A DNA stretch of 64,000 bases from an uncultured delta proteobacterium. Lineage in GTDB: Bacteria > Desulfobacterota > DSM-4660 > Desulfatiglandales > HGW-15. The position numbers were made by a program, and so were the translations under genes. The DNA is taken from NCBI GenBank assembly GCA_963815145.1, contig CAWFFS010000027.1:448751-512750 (forward strand), given 5' to 3'. Within the stretch, counting starts at the first letter, position 1; each line of letters begins with the position of its first letter. This document shows, in pieces, positions 50,631 to 60,089 of the stretch. A model generated the notes under the pieces. It was not told where the DNA came from. It did no database searches and saw nothing but the letters and a program-made list of their open reading frames with translations.

Positions 50631-51740
50631 ATGTTTCTGCTGTGGCTGATGTTGTTATTTCTGCCTGCTGTTGCGTTCTCGCAACCCAGTGTGATAGTGG
50701 AGGCAGACGTTCTCAATGTTCGCAGCAAACCCTGGGGTGAGAGAATCGGACGTGTCTATGATGGTCAGCAGTTTCTGGTTGAAGAGCGTCAGGGAGAATG
50801 GGGACTCATTATTTATAAGACCGGGGAAAAAGGATGGATTTCCCTGGATTATACCCGGCAATATGTCGCCCCAGTTCCTACAGTTTCCAAAGCTAAATAT
50901 TGTACCGAATTGAATGCCGAATTCGATCTCCTTGGCTGGAAGGATATCCGCTGCCGACCGGAGGACTGGAAGTCGGGCGGCGCTTCGGTACAGGGCAGGC
51001 CCCTGCTGTATACCGAGATCAAGGGCGCAAGCCCCTCGTTAACCCTCATGATCTGCAGTGTCCATTCCGATGAAAATACATGCTATCAGTGCTTCAGACT
51101 AAACGACATGCTGCGGAAAAATCCGGGTCTGCTCATAAACCGGCTTATTATCGTTCCCCTGCTCAATCCGGACGGATTCCTGCGGAAGCAAAAGACGCGC
51201 ACCAATGCTCATGGCGTGGATCTCAACAGGAATCTGCCATCCAGCGACTGGCAAAAACTCGCAGTCAACGCCTGGGTTCAACGTTATGGCCGTGACCCAC
51301 GTCGTAATCCAGGGCCGAATGCCAACAGCGAGCCCGAAAACCACTTTCTGCTTGATCTCATCGAGCATATGCAGCCCGATAAGATCATTTCCATCCACTC
51401 TCCGCTTAACTTTCTGGATCTTGATTTTCTGGAACAGCCCTCCGACGATCAGAATCTCCGGCAAGTTTCAGAAAAGGCAACGGCCCTCGCTGCGGACATT
51501 TCGAAAAACAGCAACTTTCACTTCCGCAGTTATAACACCTTCCCGGGTTCGCTCGGGCGTTACGGCAGCGAATGGCGCATTCCTATATTTACCCTTGAAC
51601 TGCCCGACGTAAATCCATCACTTTCCGCCTCGTTCTTCACCCGTGTCAGAGACAGTCTGGTCCATTCCTTCAATGTCATTCTCGATGAACATAAAACCGC
51701 CATGTCCAAAGGCAATAGCCATGATTTGAACCGAAAATAA
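50631..51740 (+). CDS. SH3b-domain plus M14-family zinc carboxypeptidase/amidase (MpaA-like)
   Basis: SH3b pattern VLNVRSKPWGERIG.V..G....V......W..I. M14 motifs HSDE, NPDG and HGVDLNRN. Confidence 0.7.
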   Translation: MFLLWLMLLFLPAVAFSQPSVIVEADVLNVRSKPWGERIGRVYDGQQFLVEERQGEWGLIIYKTGEKGWISLDYTRQYVAPVPTVSKAKYCTELNAEFDLLGWKDIRCRPEDWKSGGASVQGRPLLYTEIKGASPSLTLMICSVHSDENTCYQCFRLNDMLRKNPGLLINRLIIVPLLNPDGFLRKQKTRTNAHGVDLNRNLPSSDWQKLAVNAWVQRYGRDPRRNPGPNANSEPENHFLLDLIEHMQPDKIISIHSPLNFLDLDFLEQPSDDQNLRQVSEKATALAADISKNSNFHFRSYNTFPGSLGRYGSEWRIPIFTLELPDVNPSLSASFFTRVRDSLVHSFNVILDEHKTAMSKGNSHDLNRK

Positions 51741-51855
51741 TGATGCTCTTTTAATTTTCTTGACACAAAAGGTTTGCCTCATATACTCTTTCATAAAAAG
51801 GGATTTCTTATCAATCAGGCTAAAATTTTAATCCCTTTGATTTTAGAGATATAAC

Positions 51856-52122
51856 ATGGTCAAACGCTTTTCCATTTTTTTAGTCGGCATTTTTTTCCTG
51901 GCCACTCTAATAGGGGCATTCCATAGCCATAAAGATGGCTTAGAACATCACGACTGCCCCATCTGCATGACTATCTACCATCAGTCTAATTCAGTCTTTA
52001 CTCCCCCTGCTACCTGTGAAATCCCTGCTGCAATTTCAGGATGTGTATATATCAAGACTGATTCAGCTTTTATCAATAAAATCTATTTTGGTCCGGCACA
52101 GGGCCGGGCACCTCCAGCCTAA
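51856..52122 (+). CDS. Small membrane-anchored His/Cys-rich protein (DUF2946-like)
   Basis: 88 aa with an N-terminal TM helix, then HSHKDGLEHHDCPIC. Confidence 0.4.
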   Translation: MVKRFSIFLVGIFFLATLIGAFHSHKDGLEHHDCPICMTIYHQSNSVFTPPATCEIPAAISGCVYIKTDSAFINKIYFGPAQGRAPPA

Positions 52123-52255
52123 GTACATTAAAAATCCTGTAATCCATTAAATGGACCCTCGACCCATGGAGTATAATATTTGTACACCCGCAGGGTGATG
52201 TGCAGCTTTATGGGTATCTGTACTATTTACAATTTGAATATACGGAGGTGTTATT

Positions 52256-53656
52256 GTGAGAATCATGAAATCAATTGCTATCCTCTGCGTGCTGTCTTTG
52301 TTTCCAACAGTGGTGTTTGCTCAGAATATGGAAGACCGGCTGAAACATCTCGAAGAAACACTGAAACAACAGCAGCAGACCATAGATCAACAGCAAAAAA
52401 CAATTGAACAGTTACAAACTAAACTCAATCAAATTCAGCCCGCTGCTGCCACAGGCGCCGGGACCGGCCAGATCACTTCATCCGGACAGGTGCAAGAGCA
52501 AATGAAAGAATTGAACGAAAAGGTGGATAATGTTGTTGAAGCGCAGCGTAAGGTTCTGCCGAGCGAATTCAACCCTTCCATAGGGTTGGTAGGTGAAACA
52601 GTCTTTTCCTATCGAAACCGGAACAGCGATGAGACAGGAAGCGAACGGCCCGGGGGATGGGACGCTTTCCAGCGCTCGGTGGAGCTGAATGCAGCCGCCA
52701 CAGTCGATCCATTCGCCACTGCGTATGTGGTGGCCAACGCCACTGCGGACGCTACGACCAGGGAATCAACATTTGGCATCGAGGAAGCGGCCTTGGAAAC
52801 CAATTCCCTTCCCTGGAACCTTACCGTGAAAGCCGGACGCTTTTTCGGTGAATTCGGCCGTCTGTCTGACATCCACGATCATGAACTCCCCTTTGTGAAC
52901 CGTCCCCTCGCACTCGACCAGTATATCGGCGGAGAATCGAGGACTGACGGCCTGCAGCTTAACTGGCTGCTGCCGACTGAACATTACGTGAGTATTACAA
53001 TGGGTGCAGGAGACCAGTTCGGCGGGGACGCGCCCCCGAATAACGTCGATGGATTCCGCCATGGCAGTGGACTTAATTACTGGGGTCGTCTCTCTACATA
53101 TTTCGATCTGACCCCGGATATCTCCTTTGAACCCGGTGTTTCGGCCCTGTGGAACCCGAGCACTATTGACCGGGGAGGATCGTTTCTCCAGCCTGACGGC
53201 AGTTCGCTGACTGAACGGGAGCGCCGTTTGTTTGGCCTGGATATGGTGTTAAGCTACAAGCCGCTGCGAAATAATCAGTTCAAAAGCCTCACGTGGGGGA
53301 CTGAACTGCTTTACAGCGACAACCGCTATGATGCCGATACGGAAGATACGCTAACCGGCCGAACCGTCGGCTCCCTCGGACTCTATTCATATATTACCTA
53401 TAAATTTCACAGGCAGTGGTCGACCGGTTTCCTCTTCGATTATGTGGAGGACGCTACGGACAGCCATGCCAGGACCATTGCCTATTCGCCGTATATTACA
53501 TGGGCCTTGAGCCACTGGAACCAGCTCCGGCTTCAATATACCTATACCGATTACAACGCTGAATCAGCGGCCACCGGCCTGCGTCCGGATAGCGCTGTTT
53601 ATCTGCAATGGGCCTGGATCATCGGTTCACACTCTCACGGCTGGCAGCAACGATGA
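52256..53656 (+). CDS. Outer-membrane beta-barrel protein with N-terminal Gln-rich coiled coil
   Basis: Signal peptide, coiled coil LKHLEETLKQQQQTIDQQQKTIEQLQTKL, then about 350 aa of alternating strand-like sequence. Confidence 0.5.
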   Translation: MRIMKSIAILCVLSLFPTVVFAQNMEDRLKHLEETLKQQQQTIDQQQKTIEQLQTKLNQIQPAAATGAGTGQITSSGQVQEQMKELNEKVDNVVEAQRKVLPSEFNPSIGLVGETVFSYRNRNSDETGSERPGGWDAFQRSVELNAAATVDPFATAYVVANATADATTRESTFGIEEAALETNSLPWNLTVKAGRFFGEFGRLSDIHDHELPFVNRPLALDQYIGGESRTDGLQLNWLLPTEHYVSITMGAGDQFGGDAPPNNVDGFRHGSGLNYWGRLSTYFDLTPDISFEPGVSALWNPSTIDRGGSFLQPDGSSLTERERRLFGLDMVLSYKPLRNNQFKSLTWGTELLYSDNRYDADTEDTLTGRTVGSLGLYSYITYKFHRQWSTGFLFDYVEDATDSHARTIAYSPYITWALSHWNQLRLQYTYTDYNAESAATGLRPDSAVYLQWAWIIGSHSHGWQQR

Positions 53657-53676
53657 TAATAAAAGGAGAAATACCT

Positions 53677-54609
53677 ATGAAATCTAAAACAATTCGTTTG
53701 TTCATGATACTTATGTTTACCTGGTCGTTGTGCTTGGCTGGTGTTCCTGCACAGGCAGCAAAAATCCGGGTTGTCACAACACTCACGGATCTTGCGGACC
53801 TCACCCGCGCCGTGGGCGGAGACCTGGTTGATGTCAAAAGTCTGGCCACCGGTGTAGAAGATACACACGGGGTCCCGATGAAGCCAAGCTTCGTGCCGTT
53901 GATGAACCGGGCTGATCTGCTGATGCTGGTAGGGTTCGATTGCGAGCATGCCTTTCTTCCGGCCTTGATCGAGGCGAGCAAAAACCCGCGCATCCGGTAC
54001 GGATCGCCCGGGTATATCGATTGCTCCCAGGGAATCGTGCCGCTCAATGTCCCCAAATCGACCGGTCACTTCGAAGGGGACGTACACCCCTACGGCAACC
54101 CGCATTATATGCTAGACCCCGTCCTCGCTGAGACCGCACTTGAGAACATCTACAACGCCCTTTCGGAATTCGCACCGGAGCACAAAGCCGAATTTACGCG
54201 GAATCGGGATGCTTATCTCGCCAGGCTCAACGCAAAGATCATCGAGTGGCATGCGGCTCTGGCGCCGTTCAAAGGGACTGCGTTCGTGTCGTATCACGAG
54301 CACTGGCCCTATTTTGCAGCGCGGTTTGGCCTGGTATATTTCGGCACAATTGAACTGAAGCCGGGTATTGACCCGACTCCGCGGCATATTGAGGAGTTGA
54401 TTACGGCAATGAAGGAAAATCATGTTCCCATCGTCGTACGCGAACCGCAGTTTCCTGAAAAAGTACCAAGGCTTATCGCCCAACAGACCGATGCAACCAT
54501 GATAACACTCCCCATCATGCCTGGCGGAGTACCCAACACTAAAACCTATATCAGGATGATGGATTATATCGTACATACAATTGCTTCCGCTATGAAATCA
54601 AGAAGATAG
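53677..54609 (+). CDS. Metal (Zn/Mn) ABC transporter substrate-binding protein, ZnuA/TroA family
   Basis: Signal peptide. Motifs D.HG.P..PS and H.YGNPHYMLDP are typical of cluster A-I binding proteins. ATG at 53677 has an AGGAG RBS. Confidence 0.85.
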   Translation: MKSKTIRLFMILMFTWSLCLAGVPAQAAKIRVVTTLTDLADLTRAVGGDLVDVKSLATGVEDTHGVPMKPSFVPLMNRADLLMLVGFDCEHAFLPALIEASKNPRIRYGSPGYIDCSQGIVPLNVPKSTGHFEGDVHPYGNPHYMLDPVLAETALENIYNALSEFAPEHKAEFTRNRDAYLARLNAKIIEWHAALAPFKGTAFVSYHEHWPYFAARFGLVYFGTIELKPGIDPTPRHIEELITAMKENHVPIVVREPQFPEKVPRLIAQQTDATMITLPIMPGGVPNTKTYIRMMDYIVHTIASAMKSRR

Positions 54610-54611
54610 AT

Positions 54612-55370
54612 ATGGAAAGGATGCCCGCCCTTTCGGGCGGGTATATAAAACAAACTATGAATGCACCACTTATCACATTAGACAATCTTAGCATCGGTTA
54701 TAACAGCCAGCCCGTGTGTTCAGGGATTTCACTCTCCATTGCCCGTGCCGGCTATACAGCCATACTTGGCGCCAATGGTTCGGGCAAATCCACCCTGCTC
54801 AAGACACTTCTCGGCCTGCTTCCGCCTGTCGCAGGAAGAGTTGAAAGCTCATTAAGGGACAGAGCAATCATATTCGGTTATGTGCCGCAATCGGCACAAT
54901 TCGACCCTATGTATCTGCTTACTGGCTTCGACGTGGCCCTGATGGGGGTGTATGGACGTATCAGGCCTGGCAGGTTTGTTCCTCAACATGAGCGCGAGTT
55001 TACAAAAGAATGCATGAATGCCACAGGAGCCGCTGATCTTTCCCGGAAGTGTTTCGCAGAACTCTCAGGCGGCCAGAAACAGCGCGTACTTATTGCCAGA
55101 GCCCTTGCCACGCGTCCGGATGTTCTTGTGCTGGATGAACCGACTGCCGGTATTGACCGGGAAACCACAAAATCGGTACTTGCGTTCATTGACCGGATAA
55201 ACAAGGAACAGAAAATTACAATTCTGCTCGTCACCCATGACTTCGCAGCCGTGCGCCGCCACGCGCAATACGTCATCTGGTTTTATGAAGGTAAGCTATT
55301 TCACGGTGAAACATCTACGCTTCTCACTGCCGACCGGATGGCGGAAATATTTGAGACAGGAGTTGAATAA
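54612..55370 (+). CDS. Metal ABC transporter ATP-binding protein (ZnuC/TroB type)
   Basis: Walker A GANGSGKST, signature LSGGQKQR, Walker B VLVLDEPTAGID. Confidence 0.9.
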   Translation: MERMPALSGGYIKQTMNAPLITLDNLSIGYNSQPVCSGISLSIARAGYTAILGANGSGKSTLLKTLLGLLPPVAGRVESSLRDRAIIFGYVPQSAQFDPMYLLTGFDVALMGVYGRIRPGRFVPQHEREFTKECMNATGAADLSRKCFAELSGGQKQRVLIARALATRPDVLVLDEPTAGIDRETTKSVLAFIDRINKEQKITILLVTHDFAAVRRHAQYVIWFYEGKLFHGETSTLLTADRMAEIFETGVE

Positions 55371-55372
55371 AT

Positions 55373-56275
55373 ATGGAAATACTGCATCAAATCCTATCGC
55401 CTGATTTTCTTCTGCGAAACTCGCTGTATACAAGCGTATTTATCGGTTTTGTGTGCCCTCTTCTCGGAGTATTCCTCGTATTGCGCCGGCTGGTGTTTCT
55501 AGGGGTTGCTCTCCCTCAGATATCTTCGACAGGTGTTGCTGTTGTGCTCTCACTCCCAATGTGGCTGGGGTTCAGTCTTTCAGGCAGCACGCACAGCATG
55601 CATGCGTTTGCCTTTGCCGGATCGATAACCTTTTCGCTGATCGCTATCCTGATACTTGCATTTCTGGAACGGCGCGGGAGCGGACAGCCCGAAGGGCGGC
55701 TTGGTACTGCATATGTGGTAGCCGCCGCACTGAGTATCCTGCTTCTATCGAAGAATCCCTATGGCGAGATCGGATGGCTCAATATGCTGAAAGGAGAAGT
55801 CATCACCATCTCCAATTTTGATCTCCTGCTGACAGCGACAACTCTTGCCCTTGTTATTGCCATTCTGGCAATATTCCGCAAAGAGTTTCTCTTGGTTTCC
55901 TTTGACAGGGAGATGGCATTGACGCTGCATAGAAATGTCGTCCTTTGGGATGTGTTGCTATATATGCTGATCGGCATTACAGTTTCCATGGCCGTACTCA
56001 GCGTGGGCCCGCTCATCTCCTTCGGATTTCTTTTGATTCCTGCTATGACTGCCCACACGATCGCCCGCAACATGCGTCTATTTACGGTGTTGGCATCTTT
56101 GATCGGTGGTATAGCCGCCTTTTTAGGCTTTTGTGTTGCATATGCGTGGGATCTGCCTGTCGGACCAACTGATGTCGTTCTCCTCGGTGTGCTGTACTCA
56201 ATAACATGGGTAGTCGTGAGGATTCTTCCCGGAGGTTTTCGGTCCTCAGTGCGAAAAGGGAGAGCACCTGACTAG
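55373..56275 (+). CDS. Metal ABC transporter permease (ZnuB/TroC type)
   Basis: 300 aa, about 8-9 TM helices, adjacent to the ATPase gene. Confidence 0.85.
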   Translation: MEILHQILSPDFLLRNSLYTSVFIGFVCPLLGVFLVLRRLVFLGVALPQISSTGVAVVLSLPMWLGFSLSGSTHSMHAFAFAGSITFSLIAILILAFLERRGSGQPEGRLGTAYVVAAALSILLLSKNPYGEIGWLNMLKGEVITISNFDLLLTATTLALVIAILAIFRKEFLLVSFDREMALTLHRNVVLWDVLLYMLIGITVSMAVLSVGPLISFGFLLIPAMTAHTIARNMRLFTVLASLIGGIAAFLGFCVAYAWDLPVGPTDVVLLGVLYSITWVVVRILPGGFRSSVRKGRAPD

Positions 56276-56396
56276 CGCATGTAAAAATACAGATATAAAT
56301 AGGAAAAGTGTTAGCAACTTCGACTTTTCTTTGGCATCCCATCTGCGGTTGAGAGCCCGAAATATTGGATCCTCATTCTTCATCGGGACAGATTCC

Positions 56397-56609
56397 TCAC
56401 TTCTTCAGAATGATCGGTAGTAAAAGTGCTAGCACCAGTCCGAGAAAAAGAAATAAAAAGAAGGTAAAACCGCCAGTCCTGAGAGATGCTTTTTTAATAT
56501 TCCTCTTGTCGGGATAATGGCGACTGTATTCCTGGTATGTGACAATATAGGCCATAACCGCTGCTATAATACTAAAAATTACAGAGATGAAAAACAGTGC
56601 TACAACCAT
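56397..56609 (-). CDS. Small two-TM membrane protein
   Basis: 70 aa with two hydrophobic helices flanking a basic loop. No motif recognised. Confidence 0.35.
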   Translation of the reverse strand: MVVALFFISVIFSIIAAVMAYIVTYQEYSRHYPDKRNIKKASLRTGGFTFFLFLFLGLVLALLLPIILKK

Positions 56610-56633
56610 ATTGTTTATCCATATATGGTTATC

Positions 56634-57912
56634 TCAAGATACCAGCGGATTGCCGAATACGGCCGTTTTCCCCAGTTCGAGATCTATCTCAAGCAGCCTG
56701 TTATACTTTGAAATGCGCTCGCTGCGGCATAGAGAACCTGTCTTGATCTGCCCTCCGCCCATTGCAACGGAAAAGTCGGCAATAAAGGGGTCTTCCGTTT
56801 CGCCTGAACGATGTGAGACAACAAACCTCCAGCCCGCTTGGCGACAGAGATTAATTGCCTCAATTGTTTCAGTGACCGTGCCGATCTGGTTCAGCTTTAT
56901 GAGAACAGCATTGGTTGTTTTTTCCTTAATACCTCGCTCAATAAATCGTGTGTTGGTCACATAGAGGTCATCTCCGACGATCTGAATCTTTTCACCCAGT
57001 GCGACTGTTTGCTCTCGAAATCCTTCCCAGTCATTTTCATCAAGACCGTCCTCGATGGAAACAATCGGGTATTTTTCGACCCAGACTCGAATAGAGATCC
57101 GTGAGCTCAGGACTTTTCTTCTTGCCTTGTCCTGATTTACTCAGATTGTAGATCCCATGGTCAAAAAAAGAGCTTGCAGCCGGGTCAAGGGCGATAGCTA
57201 TATCTTTTCCGGGTATGTAGCCGCAGGTGTCTATGGCTTCAACAATGACCTCACAGGCTTCATCATTGCTTTTCAGGTTTGGCGCGAATCCGCCTTCATC
57301 GCCTACATTCGTGTTATAACCTTTCTTTTTAAGGATTGATTTGAGGGCGTGAAATGTTTCGGTTCCGTAGCGCAGGGCTTCCGCAAAAGTTGGAGCCCCG
57401 ATGGGCATCACCATGAATTCTTGAAAATCCACGCTGTTATCGGCATGTTTACCTCCATTTAGTATATTCATCATGGGCATTGGGACGCGAAAGGCTCCTG
57501 ATCCACCAAGGTAGTGATACAGTGGCAACCCCGCGGCCTCCGCCGCTGCACGGGCAACAGCCATGGAAACCCCCAGAATGGCATTAGCACCGAGTTTTCC
57601 CTTGTTGGAAGTCCTGTCCAGGTCTATCATCATGCGATCGACTTCAGTCTGGCGGGACGCGTCCATTCCTATCAGATGGGGAGCAATTAGTTCATTGACA
57701 TTCCTTACTGCCTTTAAAACTCCTTTTCCTCCATACCGCCCTTTATCACCGTCGCGTAGTTCAACTGCCTCGTGCTCGCCGGTCGATGCCCCGGAAGGCA
57801 CGGAAGCAGAAACGGTCAAGCAGTTATCCAGTGTAAGGAACACACGGATGGTCGGATTACCGCGTGAGTCCAAAATCTCCATAGCACGTATAGCGGTTAT
57901 TTTAGAGTTCAT
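56634..57912 (-). pseudogene. eno: Enolase with a 1-nt frameshift near 57080..57082
   Basis: The N-terminal ORF ([12 protein letters not shown]..., [10 protein letters not shown]) and the C-terminal ORF ([14 protein letters not shown]) are enolase. The intervening [11 protein letters not shown] reads in the second frame from the shift site with no stop. Confidence 0.9.
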
Positions 57913-57999
57913 AGTACATACTCCATTTTTAAATTGGATTTTGATCCGGTCATAAAACTGTTTTCAGGGCGCGGCCTGGCAGAAGCTTATTATCGGTAA

Positions 58000-58385
<386 letters not shown>

Positions 58386-58525
58386 GATCTTTCTCCTCTT
58401 AAAATTGGTTATTGTATAATTTTAACATGATTATTTCCGAAACCAAATAAATTTTAATGGATATGCAAAAAATGTCATTAGTATCATTATGATCCCTTTT
58501 TTTATTTTCCCATTCCGCGTTCCTG

Positions 58526-59296
58526 TTATTTCATTTCCTTAAATTCGACCCACATAACCGCACCTATCTCCACATCTTTATCCTCTCCATTGTGTTTTAT
58601 TTTTTTATCTGATGTGTTTAACCCGGCAAATCCCCACCATCCGGCCTTTGGAACTGCATATGTAAAAACACCATTTTTGTCTGTCTTGACCACCTGGGTG
58701 ACAAAATAGTCATTTGGCGCCTTAAATTTCCTGTCTTTATTGTAGTACTCTATTTCAACATCCGTTCCGGGTGAAGGCCTGCCGTCCACAAGCACTGTCC
58801 CCTGAAAGACATTTCCTGCATAGAGCCCGAAGGGTCTTGTAAGCGGCACAATCTCGGTTTTTAATCCTAGCGGCTCATCCCAGCCGGCGTCTTCGCCAAA
58901 GGCTGCAACGACTGTTTTTGTATAGTGAATGATATAGCAATCCTCGGTAGGTTCCCAATAGGGTTTGGGCTCCATATAGAACCAGTACACACCGGGTCTG
59001 TTTATTTTGTGGGTGGCTTTCCATGCCTTCCTGTTCATGACCTTTATTTCCTTTAGAGAAGGGATGAGATCGGTCTTTTTACCATTGAGAACAAATCCGA
59101 ATTTTGCAGGTTTTTCCATATCCATGCCCTCCATTTCAAAGGGATGCGAAAAGGATAATGTCAGGGAAATATCCCTTGCATCTCCCTGCATTACCATGCT
59201 GTTTGAGGGAATCAGCATGCCGAAATGGGCAAAGCTGTTGCTGCTTATCATTAAAAACAGAATTGACAACAGGGTTGTGATACTAATTTTTTTCAT
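58526..59296 (-). CDS. nikK: DUF4198 / CbiK(COG5266)-type periplasmic component of a Ni/Co ECF uptake system (NikK-like)
   Basis: Signal peptide ending SFA-HFGML. Later G..LEIVPL, G.V..DG.P and KTDKNGVF, typical of DUF4198. ATG at 59296 has a GGAG RBS. Confidence 0.6.
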   Translation of the reverse strand: MKKISITTLLSILFLMISSNSFAHFGMLIPSNSMVMQGDARDISLTLSFSHPFEMEGMDMEKPAKFGFVLNGKKTDLIPSLKEIKVMNRKAWKATHKINRPGVYWFYMEPKPYWEPTEDCYIIHYTKTVVAAFGEDAGWDEPLGLKTEIVPLTRPFGLYAGNVFQGTVLVDGRPSPGTDVEIEYYNKDRKFKAPNDYFVTQVVKTDKNGVFTYAVPKAGWWGFAGLNTSDKKIKHNGEDKDVEIGAVMWVEFKEMK

Positions 59297-59314
59297 AGTT
59301 ACTTTCTCCTTTTT

Positions 59315-59382
59315 ATAAAAAAATATAAAAGCCACAAAAGCAGTGCAGGCATACTTCATGTCTGTAAAAGCCTTCGTGGCTG
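59315..59382 (-). terminator. Terminator-like hairpin element, GCCACGAAGG family copy 3 (proximal in the nikK leader)
   Basis: The minus strand reads AGCCACGAAGGC...GCUUUUGUGGCU, then UUUUAUAUUUUUUU. It ends about 20 nt before the RBS. Confidence 0.55.
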
Positions 59383-59508
59383 ATGGTCCTGTAATTTCTG
59401 ATTGATATTTTTAAAACGTTTGTGAATCAGGACTTCATGTCCCGATCCATAAATAAAAAAGCCCCTTTAACCCCTGAACTTTGTGTCCCCCGTGGCAAGA
59501 AACAGATA

Positions 59509-59568
59509 CAAAAAAAAACCACAAAATCTTTTTTGGAATTTAGAGTTTCAAAAAAGCCTTCGTGGCTG
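59509..59568 (-). terminator. Terminator-like hairpin element, GCCACGAAGG family copy 4 (distal in the nikK leader)
   Basis: The minus strand reads CCACGAAGGCUUUUUUG...CAAAAAAGAUUUUGUGG (about 17 bp), followed by U9. Confidence 0.6.
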
Positions 59569-59621
59569 GATTTTCATTATTTGATAGTACGTTTTAAAAG
59601 GCTTCATGCCTTTTGACGCAG

Positions 59622-59649
59622 AATATAACAGTATATTTTGTTATGTCAA
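59622..59649 (-). promoter_or_regulatory. Sigma70-like promoter with an embedded palindrome (nikK leader)
   Basis: The minus strand reads TTGACA, 16 nt, TATATT. The spacer contains ATAACA-N8-TGTTAT. Confidence 0.5.
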
Positions 59650-59987
59650 TAATATTTTATTTCCGATCTGAAATCCATACAGGGAATAACAGACAGGAAG
59701 CCACCTTCTTCTGGCTTCTTCGGCCCGGATATCAGACCCAATGTTGTTAACTTAAGGAATTCTCCATACAAAAGTATGTGAAGTAAATAGAAAAATAGTA
59801 AAAATAGCGACTGCATTAGTAGTAGGAAAACTGATACCTATTAAGAGAATTGATACGATAAGATCTCTTACCATGTATGAGGCTCAAAAATACATTCTCA
59901 AACCCATAACATTTTTTGGTGAAAAAGTTGAAAATAATAAGAATTCGTGATTCTGAAATAATTACAGACAAAAAGGAGTACAGGGTG

Positions 59988-60068
59988 ATGAAACGCTTGA
60001 CTGGCTTTTTTATGCTAATGATTACAAAAATCTTGTTTGCGGGCTGCATGTCACCAGTTAAAATATAA
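59988..60068 (+). CDS. Candidate 26-aa mini-lipoprotein or leader peptide upstream of the ZIP transporter
   Basis: MKRLTGFFMLMITKILFAGCMSPVKI. AAGGAG RBS 8 nt upstream. Lipobox LFAG|C. It ends 21 nt before the ZIP start codon. Confidence 0.3.
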   Translation: MKRLTGFFMLMITKILFAGCMSPVKI

Positions 60069-60089
60069 TTCAACAAATAATTTTTCGGC

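Larger units (their letters stand above)
59509..59656 (-). repeat. Duplicated promoter-leader module, copy 1
   Basis: About 150 bp, collinear and highly similar by eye to 62352..62502 (promoter, small hairpin, linker, terminator hairpin). Confidence 0.85.

Noticed and set aside
59570-59590. Fur/Zur box in the duplicated leader (ATAATGAAAATC resembles ATAATGATAATC)
   Set aside because: Only one half of the 19-bp consensus matches. It lies downstream of the predicted transcription start in AT-rich sequence, and the second copy is more degenerate. This is likely coincidental.
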